A stretch of DNA of 64,000 nt from Bugula neritina. Taxonomy: Eukaryota; Animalia; Bryozoa. Shown in pieces: positions 12,801 through 24,800 of the stretch. The stretch spans positions 31,681,504 through 31,745,503 of the forward strand of contig OZ037765.1 in assembly GCA_964035545.1 (NCBI GenBank), written 5' to 3'. The notes beneath the pieces were generated by a model. That model worked only from the letters and a program-made list of their open reading frames with translations. It was not told the origin of the DNA and did not search any database. Each line of letters begins with the position of its first letter. Position 1 is the stretch's first letter. The translations under genes and the position numbers were made by a program.

Positions 12801-15800
12801 AACCCAAGTGCAACCCTTCGTGCAGGCTCTGACAATTCTCTACCTTCTATTATCGCTGTAAGTTTTGTACACTTGAGTGGCATTGTTTTGGGAAGAAAAA
12901 GTTGAAGTAGAGGTGTCACATGTTAGAAAGCCAGCAATGTTAATTGTATCCATGCTAAATTTACCTATAGGATAAACATTGGAGTACTCATTTCTAGAAA
13001 TTTCGAATATTGCTAAAACCATCCATTCTCTCTTAGTTTTTTCTATAGAATGCAGATCAATCTGAAAAAAGATTAGATGCGTATTGTAATGTTAATATAT
13101 CCACATTCTGATGCAAAGTTATTTAAATGCTGATATGCACATGTGCATATTATTTTTTGTTATTTGAAGTTACCATCACGTTGATTACTAATAGTTGTTG
13201 TTCGTATAACTCACTCTGATGATTTCAGGGAATTATTTGATCATAAATTATTAACTAATTTCAGTAATTGTCTTTCCAGAGTACATCGGAATCTGATCAG
13301 AATTCAAAAGACATTCCCAATATGGCCATGCTGAGTGCCACTAGTGACATGGAAACCAGCAACCCTGAGCAGGTGATTGTTACTGAGTCAACAAAGCACA
13401 CACCTGCCGATGACATCACCAACCTAATGCATGACATTTTAGACAGAGTCAGTGAAGACATTCAGCTTTCAGCTGTTCAGTCTACAGTAAGGGACTTGGT
13501 GACACAAGTGGCAGACAATCTGTCCTCTACAGAAATTGTACAAATGATTCTAAATGAATTGCTGGAAGAGGTTGTTGGTAAGAAACTGCAGAATAACACA
13601 TGTCTCTTGCTTGACGATTCGGCAACTGATTACCAGCATACCCGACAACCCGAGTCGTCCGACTCTGACAGGGCAAAGAAGACAACTTCTGCTCTTACAG
13701 CAGAGCGAAAACGCAGATCTGCTCGTGTAAAGTTGACCACAGCAAAGCAGACGACAGTTGCCGAAGAAAAAAAGCAAGACAAGGTGGATCACATTTCTGA
13801 GTTGGAGAAGATTATATCTGATCTTTTACAGGACGACTCCAGTCAGCTGACTAACCACTCTGTGGCAGCAGATAATGGCAGCACGCCTGCAGCCTGTAGT
13901 GCTTTACCAACGTCTGCAAATGAAGAGAGGGATGTTAAACTGTTTCTATCAAAGTTGAAGTCAAACAGAGGGGTTGTGCACGTGATGAGGGAGTGGATTT
14001 ATACGCTGTGTGACAAACGAAATCATTCTTGGTGCACTGAGCTGAAGGAGGCATTTATTAACGTGTATGAAAAGCATATCAACTCCTATCAAAGGCCTAG
14101 CATATTCAGCAGCAATGATATTGAGAAAGATGCTTTGGCTGCACTCATTTGGTTGGAACTTTACGTAGATGAGTTGTTGACGGAAAACACAAATGCTCCT
14201 CGCGCGAGTCATGCGCAAATTTTCAATGAAGAGTTTGTTTATTGGTCAATGGTTGTGGGTAACAACGGCAAGCTTCCCAATATTTGTGATGAATATAGTA
14301 TTCGCTACCATTATATGCTAGCTCAGTATTATAGCGCCACACAGCAGTCGGACATGGCTCTGAAATCTTTGAACTTCCTGTTGGGTTTTATAGGAAAAGA
14401 CTCTGGTGTTGGCATCTTTTTGCCGAACTCAAAAGCCAAAACTACAGTTGATTACAAAACAGTAAAGGAAGAGTTGAACTTTCTAGAGAGAGCATTGTCC
14501 TTGAAGGATTTGCAGACGGTATTTGACAATAAAGACTATCCACAAATTGTGAAACTTCTGTCGTTGACATTTGACGTGGATTTGAAGAAACGGTTTTTTG
14601 ATTCCCGTTACTTCCAACTCGATATTTTAATAAAGACTGTTGCTAACCTAGAAGATAGGGCCGATTGCTTCAAATGGTTAGCTAAGGCTCTGCAGGAAGT
14701 GGTGCATTATGTCAATGCAGGTCGTCATGGCAACTGGTCAACACTTGTATGTCATGCAATGAGTTTGTTTGTTGATCGACTAGATACTCAATCTACAACA
14801 GATTGCTTGCCTGTAACAAGGGCAGAGATTGTTAGGAGTTGCCTTACCATTATCAAGTTAAACATTGATAGCTTAGAATCCAGCGGCCGGATGTTGATAA
14901 ACACAGTATCTGCCTGGATCCTGCTCTCAATACTTACACATGGTGCGAAGGAGGTTAAAACGCCCCCTACACTAACGACTTCAAATGAGTTCCCCCACTA
15001 TATTCAGTATGTATTTTACACTATGATCTTTCCTCCTTCTGCGTGTTGAATATATATAGTGTTTTTTTACTTTTGAGTACACTATTTTGCAAAAAAGATA
15101 AATTTGTACCTTCTTTGTTTTATTATGGATACTATTACAATAGATATTTTACTTGCTACTGTAAATATTTACTCTAACCCCAAAACTGCCCAAATGTTAT
15201 TGCAAGATCACATTCTAATGATTAAATATTACCTTTCTTGGTTAGATTATTTTTCATGCTCATGTTTTGAAGTTGTGCCCACAATATAGAGCTATTTTGA
15301 AAATTGCAAGTTATTTTACAATAGAATTTGTACCACTCATTGTTCAAAATTAGGAGTTATGAGAAGAGAAGTGAAAATTTGAGTGACTAGTATTCGTTTT
15401 GAAGTTGGGTTGCGCAATGAGAAGATTGCATGCGTACATTCGCAATAAGTCTAAAAAAATCTTAAAACACAACAGGGTTTACTAATAACAATGCTGTGCA
15501 GCCACGTCTTTGTGAAGAAGTCGGTTTAAACAAGTATATTCAAGTCACTCCTGTGAAGAGTGTTACCTGGCAGTTAGCTAGACTGCTAAGATATGTTTTC
15601 TCTTGTCTAGGGTGCTTCTGATAGCCCACTCCTTGCTGGCTAAGTATAGCCTTTGTACCAGCTCTGATGGTCAGCTTTTACAGTACACGGTGCAGAAATT
15701 ACAGGAGCACAGGCAAAGCTCGGAGTGTAACAACCCACAGCTGACAGAGCAGCATGTTAATCAGTGTATATACTGCTTGTACGGCCACCCTAACAAGAAG

Positions 15801-18800
15801 GTACCGGAATGTTAGAAAGTGATAAAATAGAATATGTTAAATTAATGTCTTCTGCTTTTCATTAGAATGCCTGGGACTCACGGAGTCTATTCACTGTAAA
15901 CGCATTCCATATTTTTATATTCTATTTATTTTATAACATAGGAAAACCAACATTATTTTCAAGATATTGTTTAACTCTATATATTGCTTTTGTAAGACAG
16001 TTTTCTCCCTCACCATGATACATTTCTTCTGATACAAGTATCTGTACTATGGCTAGACTAGAAAGATTTTAAACTTTTTGATGCAACAGTAAGCAGATGA
16101 CCTTTAAAACGGTTTTTTATAGTTTGCAGTTTTTATACACGCTAGTTTTAAATGCAAGGTGAAAGTAGGTTCACATGACTGCGGAAAGATATTCACTGCA
16201 AACGTTTAAAAATAACATTGGTTGTGGTTTCAGTTCGTAAGTTGTGGCTAACTTTTCCCTCAAATTGACTGTGAAAATTGCTGGTGTACCTAAAAATTCA
16301 ATCCATGTAGCTTGCAGCCACCATATTTTATAAAAGTTTGAAATCTTTCTTCTAGTAGAAGCAAGCTTTCTTATCTTCTTGTCGAATTTGACAAATGTTG
16401 TGTTCTCGGTGCTGCACGTCTCTCACAGTAGAACGAGTCTTGCTATATCATAATTCTCTACAGATCAGAGCCAAGAGTCTGACGGATCACAACTCGCCGC
16501 TTGTCCCGATCAGCTGGCCCGTTGCCCAGCAACTGTTCAGCTTATACAAGCCAAAGTCAGTGCCCGAGTACGACAGCTACAAGTCCAGCACTATATCCGC
16601 TGAGCTGGAACATCTGGTGAAGCGTTTAGTGGCTCTGGTACCCGGACACTGCCAGCCTGACTCCCAAGTGGAGAGGGCTATAGACTCTTACCTTACTGAC
16701 TCCGGTACTCTAGAATCTGTAGATCAGCGGGAGAAACAACTACCCAAGTTAGTGCTTAACATTGCTGTTTGTTTGTTTCTTTGTGCGTGTTTGAGTACCT
16801 GAAAAATTATTTTTAGTTGGTGTTTTTATGTTTTTGCAATGCGTTTTGTTATTTTAAAAGTAGGTAAATAAATTATTTGTTTTGCATTTTGAAAATAGCT
16901 CTAGGCTTTGCCAAGGTGTTGGTAGTTAACAAAATATCAACTAAAGTGCTTCCAATACACTTTGTTTTTAAACTACTCGAGTGAGTGTATAAGCATGAAT
17001 TAATATGAGTTAGCATGTTTTAGCATTTATGCACATATATGCCCTAAACACATATAAGCATATTTTGCAATGCATTCAATGGTGACGTATTAGCACTAAA
17101 CATATCCTGCATGTGTTTGTGTGGCCGATACAGCCGAAAGAAGAGAAAGAGACTTGTTTTAATTTATTACCAAAAATTTGTAGTGACGGCTGCAGATGCT
17201 TTCTAGACAAATCATAACTTAAAATGTTTCATTAGCACCAGAAATGGTATAGCGACAGAACTGTCATATATTGTAATGTGTTGCAGTTTAAACTTTGTAT
17301 CACCAGATCGCCAGGGAAATTTGTCATAATGGATTCAGCTTTATTTTGCAAAATATTTTCAAATTATACATAATTAAACCATGTAGTGTGTTAATCTAAC
17401 ACGTTGTTACTTGTCATTATTCTTTTCACCAGTATTTTTTCTATGATGATTATTTTGTAGTAGTTTGTGTAAGGATGGCTTCTATTTGTTAGCTGATTAC
17501 TACTTCAAAAATAAGGAGCCTCTGTAAGTATAAGCATTCATTTTTAATTATTGTAAACATATATTAATGGCTGTATGTACAAGTGTGTGATAGCAACCAG
17601 TCCCTGTGTAAGAAATTATGTTTTTAAACATTAAATTATAGGTGATTCACTAACACTACTGCAGCAATCAACAATAATAGTTAAGTTTTTAATAACATTA
17701 CTTTTGAAAGGTTTCTAATCTAATTTAAATTTTAATTTTAGACTTTTAGCTAATTTTGCTGAAGAAAAAAGGATAGTGTTTTTTAAGATATTTTATATTA
17801 AAATTTTGCATATCAAAAATTTTTGTGTTGATTTTAAATTTTAGCTGTTGTGGTATTTTGCATGGTTGCAATATTCTATTGGTTGACCCATAAATTTCTA
17901 TTGGCTTGCCTATAGTTTTGTGACATTTTATCAGCCAGCCTGTAGTGATGTGACATTCTATTGGCCAGCCTGTAGTTATGTGACATTCTATTGGCTGTCT
18001 GGTCTGTTGACTGCAGGAAGGCCATAAAGCATTACGTGCAGGACTTGTACTATCAGCCTGACAGGTTTGACTCCTGGGCTGGTATGGCGCTGGCTAAGAG
18101 CAGTAAATTGGAGTCCAGACTCAACTTGGTAGGTTCGGATTCTTCTTGAAAATTCTAGAATGTTCTATGATGCAGTTTGCTTCCTTTCCTGATATTCAAC
18201 ACTGACATTAGATTCGAGTTGCTCTGGGAGAATAGGTTTAAACTTTGTACTTTATTTCCATAATTAAAATAACTAGCAGCAAAGTTAAGTCTCAATAAGA
18301 ACTTAATTGATGTGGTTATACAATGCCGTGTTATCAAATCAACAAATTAAGGAAGTTATAAGTTTGAAAATGGTTGCATGTTTTTCCAACTGCCCTGCTG
18401 CCATTTGAATTGAATTATTTAGAGATTTATAAAATTTTCTTATTCACTGAGAGTGCTATTGGATTTGCAGCAAAACTAAATTCACTCCAAGACTTGATCC
18501 CAAATATTTATCAAAATTAAGAAAAACTTTTGCTGCTATGGAATTTAGTTACCATAAATGTATGACTTATCTACTATATTTTATATTCTACATTCCTCTA
18601 ATAACTTACAAGGAAACAAATAATTTTATTTAACATCTGTTCTAGCAAAAAAGTTTTGTGTAAATATTTATCTTTTTCGTATTGATTTACTTGACGAGTC
18701 AACTCTCCATATTTAAGTAAATAACTTGTATACTGCTTCCAGATGGAGAGACAGAGCTACGACGGAGCATTCCAGAAGCTGGCCGTAAGCACCATGCAGT

Positions 18801-21800
18801 CCTTCAAGCGAGCTCTCCATCTGGTCCACGATAACGTTAAACTCTGGATAGAGTACGCGTGTGCCGCTTATCAACTCCACTCTTTTGCTTCAAGAGTCAT
18901 GAAAACGGTAAGTTCTTCAAACACAGTATGATTAAAGTTGTGAATATTTGTTTGGGAGTTGTCTGTTCTATCAGCCCCTCGATATCAACACACTTATAAT
19001 ATTTTTAACAATGTTTATTGTTTTCTCTGTGTGAATAAATGCTGAAATGGCATTACTTGTTAATCTAGTGTAGGTAGGAGCTGTATTCTCTTTAATTAAG
19101 AGGGAAGAAACAAACTTTAAAAAACTGAAGAATTTTTTTAGGCTGACTACTGTTTAGTGATGGAACTATTACTGTATTGCCTGTATCACACAGTTTCAAG
19201 TAGTATATGATATATATGTCACCCTGACCTATATTAACATGCTCTTACACCAGAATCTGTAGGATATAATTTTCACTTTCTTGCTGCCAGCATTTTGAGA
19301 TGCTTTCATTGAGGACAGATAACTGTATTATGTGATGCAGTTTACTATTGCTTGTGTAAATCATACATTTAGCTTCTTACAACACATGATATCTTCTACT
19401 CCATGATATACGTTATATGATGTATCCTTGCTAAGTTCCAAGAAGTTGTTCTGCTCTAAAGACCACTTGCCATGTTTATTGTTTACAGCCCCTTTTCTAT
19501 TTCTTTTAGAGTGTTTGTTTACTTTACCTGATTCCTGTGTGTTTGAGGTAGGTGTAACGCACTACTCATTGAGTACTTGCTAGTAATATTTTCTTTTGAA
19601 CATTATCAACATAAACAAATTGTAGAAGAAACTGGAGTTGTCCTCTACTGAAATGTCCACATTTACGGTGTTGAAAGGCGACATGCTGGAGAGGTCAAGG
19701 CTGTGTTACATAGAGGCGGGCAGATGTAATGATGATGACTTTGAGGAGGAATGGCTGCAGCACTACATGCTAGGCAAGATATGCGAGAAGTCAAAGGGCG
19801 ACCCCGAAGTTTATTTAGACCACTACACTAAGGTACTGAGGCTTGCCTGTGCTGGCAATACTCCCAGCTGATGGCTGTAGGCTGTGTCTTAATTCGTGCT
19901 ATTTGATTGGTTGGTGTTGGATATTTTATCCAATAAGAAACTTGAGATTTTTTGATTTTGAAAAATATTTGCTAAAATGGAATTAAACATTTTTAATGTA
20001 TAACATTGCTCTAAATGTTTTTCCAGTATAGTAAGAAATAATAATTTATTTCTGTTTACTAATTAATTTAAAAATATTTTCATAATAGAGTATAACAATT
20101 AATAATGTATTAATGATTAATAATTTTTGATTATAATTTATTAATGAGTGAGAATTAACTTGAATAATATCATAGTTTTATTGAGAATTATTTTTCACCA
20201 AGTTAATTCATGCATTTGCTTACAATTATTGCATATTTGACTAAACTGTTGCCTTTCAGGCGGCTAGTTGTCTGCACAAAGAAGGAGCTCAATACCCGAG
20301 TAAGATCAGCTACATGTACAACCCTCCGTATCTGGCTGTGGAGGCTCTGGAAATCTACTACAGGATCCACGCCACCATCCTCAAGTCTCTGCAGAGAAAC
20401 CCACCAACTCAACACTTCCAACTGTATACTAAGGTTTAGTTCAACACTTCCAACTGTATACTAAGGTTTAGTTCAACACTTTCAACTGTATACTAAGGTT
20501 TAGTTCTACACTTCCAACTGTATACTATGGTTTAGTTCAACACTTTCAACTGTATACTATGGTTTATTTCTACACTTCCAACTGTACACTAAGGTTTAAT
20601 TCAACACTTTCAACACTTCCAACTGTATACTAAGGTTTAGTTCAACACTTCCAACTGTATACTAAGGTTTAGTTCAACACTTCCAACTGTATACTAAGGT
20701 TTAGTTCAACACTTTCAACACTTCCAACTGTATACTAAGGTTTAGTTCAACACTTTCAACACTTCCAACTGTATACTAAGGTTTAGTTCAACACTTTCAA
20801 CACTTCCAACTGTATACTAAGGTTTAGTTCAACACTTCCAACTGTATACTATGGTTTAGTTCAACACTTTCAACTGTATACTATGGTTTATTTCTACACT
20901 TCCAACTGTACACTAAGGTTTAATTCAACACTTTCAACACTTCCAACTGTATACTAAGGTTTAGTTCAACACTTCCAACTTTATACTAAGGTTTAGTTCA
21001 ACACTTTCAACACTTCCAACTGTATACTAAGGTTTAGTTCAACACTTTCAACACTTCCAACTGTATACTAAGGTTTAGTTCAACACTTCCAACTGTATAC
21101 TATGGTTTAGTTCAACACTTTCAACTGTATACTATGGTTTATTTCTACACTTCCAACTGTACACTAAGGTTTAATTCAACACTTTCAACACTTCCAACTG
21201 TATACTAAGGTTTAGTTCAACACTTCCAACTGTATACTAAGGTTTAGTTCAACACTTCCAACTGTATACTAAGGTTTAGTTCAACACTTTCAACACTTCC
21301 AACTGTATACTAAGGTTTAGTTCAACACTTTCAACACTTCCAACTGTATACTAAGGTTTAGTTCAACACTTTCAACACTTCCAACTGTATACTAAGATTT
21401 AGTTCAACACTTTCAACTGTATACTATGGTTTATTTCTACACTTCCAACTGTACACTAAGGTTTAATTCAACACTTTCAACACTTCCAACTGTATACTAA
21501 GGTTTAGTTCAACACTTCCAACTTTATACTAAGATTTAATTTGACATTTTCAACACTTCCAACTGTATACTATGGTTTATTTCTACACTTCAAACTGTAT
21601 ACTAAGGTTTAGTTCAACACTTCCAACTGTATACTAAGGTTTAGTTCAACACTTTCAACACTTCCAACTGTATACTAAGGTTTAGTTCAACACTTCCAAC
21701 TGTATACTATGGTTTAGTTCAACACTTTCAACTGTATACTATGGTTTATTTCTACACTTCCAACTGTACACTAAGGTTTAATTCAACACTTTCAACACTT

Positions 21801-24800
21801 CCAACTGTATACTAAGGTTTAGTTCAACACTTCCAACTTTATACTAAGGTTTAGTTCAACACTTTCAACACTTCCAACTGTATACTAAGGTTTAGTTCAA
21901 CACTTTCAACACTTCCAACTGTATACTAAGGTTTAGTTCAACACTTCCAACTGTATACTATGGTTTAGTTCAACACTTTCAACTGTATACTATGGTTTAT
22001 TTCTACACTTCCAACTGTACACTAAGGTTTAATTCAACACTTTCAACACTTCCAACTGTATACTAAGGTTTAGTTCAACACTTCCAACTGTATACTAAGG
22101 TTTAGTTCAACACTTCCAACTGTATACTAAGGTTTAGTTCAACACTTTCAACACTTCCAACTGTATACTAAGGTTTAGTTCAACACTTTCAACACTTCCA
22201 ACTGTATACTAAGGTTTAGTTCAACACTTTCAACACTTCCAACTGTATACTAAGGTTTAGTTCAACACTTTCAACTGTATACTATGGTTTATTTCTACAC
22301 TTCCAACTGTACACTAAAGTTTAATTCAACACTTTCAACACTTCCAACTGTATACTAAGGTTTAGTTCAACACTTCCAACTTTATACTAAGATTTAATTT
22401 GACATTTTCAACACTTCCAACTGTATACTGGGGTATAAGTCAACACCTGGAACTGTATACTAAGTTTTTAAGTCAATACTTTCAACTATATACCTGTGTG
22501 CAGTGGTATAATAGCTGATGATAGAAATATTATTCTGTTTACTAATCATGCAGGTTATTCTGGAGATGAAGGAAAGTCCGTTTGCCGCGGCGCAAGTTTC
22601 CACTCAACCGCCTTCGAGTAGGAAGAGAAAGTCTGATGGACAGACACTGAGGAGAAGGAAAAGTGAGATAGACATGTCCTTCTCTGTTGACTCCAGTGCG
22701 TCTATCACCACCAGGAGAAAAGAGAAGCTGAAACTAGATGCCGAGATTGTGTCAGAGGTAGGACCAAGGTCACTTAAAGGTCATAGTTCACTCTGATGTG
22801 GTATTACCTGCTCCTACATGTATGTATGTCCGTAATCATTGTAACTACACATAGTCGTAAGGAACGCACTGTTGTGTGTTTCACTATGTGCTATACTTTA
22901 CCAATGTCACCATCAAAATGTTTAGTGACTGGAAATATTGTGATTATAGAATTTTAAAGTTTGTATTGACTCCTCTTTATATGCCATGACTTGCCTTGAC
23001 TGACTCTTTGGTTGTTAGCTACTAGTATGCATGTTTAGGTAAACCTTTCTGTTGCATTTATGTGCAGGTGTGTAGTACAAAATATAAACTCACACCAGTT
23101 TATAGAAACCATATCTGGGAGAGCTTCTGATGGTAAAACTTTTAGGGGGCGATATACTTCGTTCCAAACTATGCAGTTATAGCCTGATGGATCTTGCCGG
23201 GATTTGAACTCTTATGTAACACAGCATGCGTCATGCTAGACCAGTGTTGTAACCGCAAGATTATAACTGTAATATTTATTCTGAATTTGAGCATGAGTGA
23301 GGGAGAAATTTTATTTTAACTAAATAGGCAGCTTGTTGAGTGGCGGTTTTGGGAACAAGCTTTTCTTATGCTCTGCTGTAGGTCTTGCAATGCACTTGAT
23401 GAGATTTGACATCTGCCAGTTGGTGGTTGGCAGTGCTTGCCTTCTGACTAGCTAGACTTGCAGACCAGGTAAACTGTTGGATGTATTTTACAGATAATAG
23501 ACAAACTGGTATCAACCGTAGCTCGTCAAAGTTGTGAGGTTGCTGCATCAGCAACTTCCTCTTCAGATGAAAGGCATGGGTTAAATGTTGAGCTAAATAA
23601 CTCGACCGAGAGAGACATAAAAGTTGTTATGGAGGAGATTTTGGAACAGTTAGACAGTAACCGAGTAAAGACGAGTGTTTCTGATGTGAGTCTGTCTGTT
23701 TGTCCAGTCACAGCGTCATCGCCAAAAGAGAAAAGTTTCAGACTATCAGAAATCACAAAGTGCGATAAGAAAGTGCCGTTTCAGAGAGAAGAACTCCCAG
23801 AGTCTGAGAACGACTCTAGTCAAGTCTTTGGCAGAACACCTAGTCCTACTCTTCCATTGCCTGATGATGAAAATGACTTTTCCATTTCTACTCAGCTGAT
23901 GGATTTCTCACAGGAAAGTTTTGCGAAACCAGCAAATTTTGCTGTTGAAGATTTTGAAACACATTCCCTGAGACGAAGTGATGACGTTGAAGCAAAATGT
24001 ATGACTTTAGACAACTCAGCAAAAGTCGTGAAAGAAGATGTTAACCACCAATCGACTGCTAAAGAGTGTGTTGAGGACATGTTAAGTCAATTGGAGACTT
24101 TTGAGAAATCTGGAGTTGTGGTGGAGAGTTTAGCAGGTCAAGGAGGTACATCTAACATTAAAGAGCTTAGTGAACCTACTGAGCATGTGCCCGCAGCCAG
24201 TTCTACCAAATTGGAAGATACGAGCGTCATAAGAACTGAAACTGAAGCTCAAGTTGGTATCATTGAACAAGACTCGGACCCTTTGAATGAAAAAATAAGC
24301 TCAGTTGTTTTGAAGGCTAAACCAATGGAGGAAATGGATTCACAGACATCTGATATTGCAGATGTAATGCAATGTGAGGGAAGGAAACATGACACCTGTC
24401 ACTTGCCTTCTGCAGATGAAAAGAAGAAAAATGACACATGTCACATGGCTTCTGCAGATGAAAAGAAGAAAGATGAGATCTGTCACTTGCCTTCTGCAGA
24501 TGAAAAGAAAGATGACACATGTCACTTGCCTTCTGCAGATGAAAAGAAGAAAGATGACACATGTCACTTGCCTTCTGCAGATGAAAAGAAGAAAAATGAC
24601 CTATGTCACTTGCCTTCTGCAGAAGAAAAGAAAAAAGATGACATATGTCACATGGTTTCTGCAGATGAAAATAAAGATGACACCTGTCACATGCCTTCTG
24701 CAGATGAAAAGAAGAAAGATGACACATGTCACACAGTGTCTACAGGTGAAGAGCGTATTGGCTCTTCCAACAGCTCTACAGAGAGGGAAAACGATTCTAC

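Noticed and set aside
20409-22490. CRISPR-like appearance of regular 32-41-bp repeats (also the arrays at 8081, 26430 and 51780)
   Set aside because: The units are contiguous with no unique spacers, there are no cas genes, and the context is eukaryotic and mostly intronic; these are minisatellites.
23382-23493. Alternative CABIN1 acceptor at 23381
   Set aside because: It leads to an early in-frame stop; the acceptor at 23493 gives the continuous frame.
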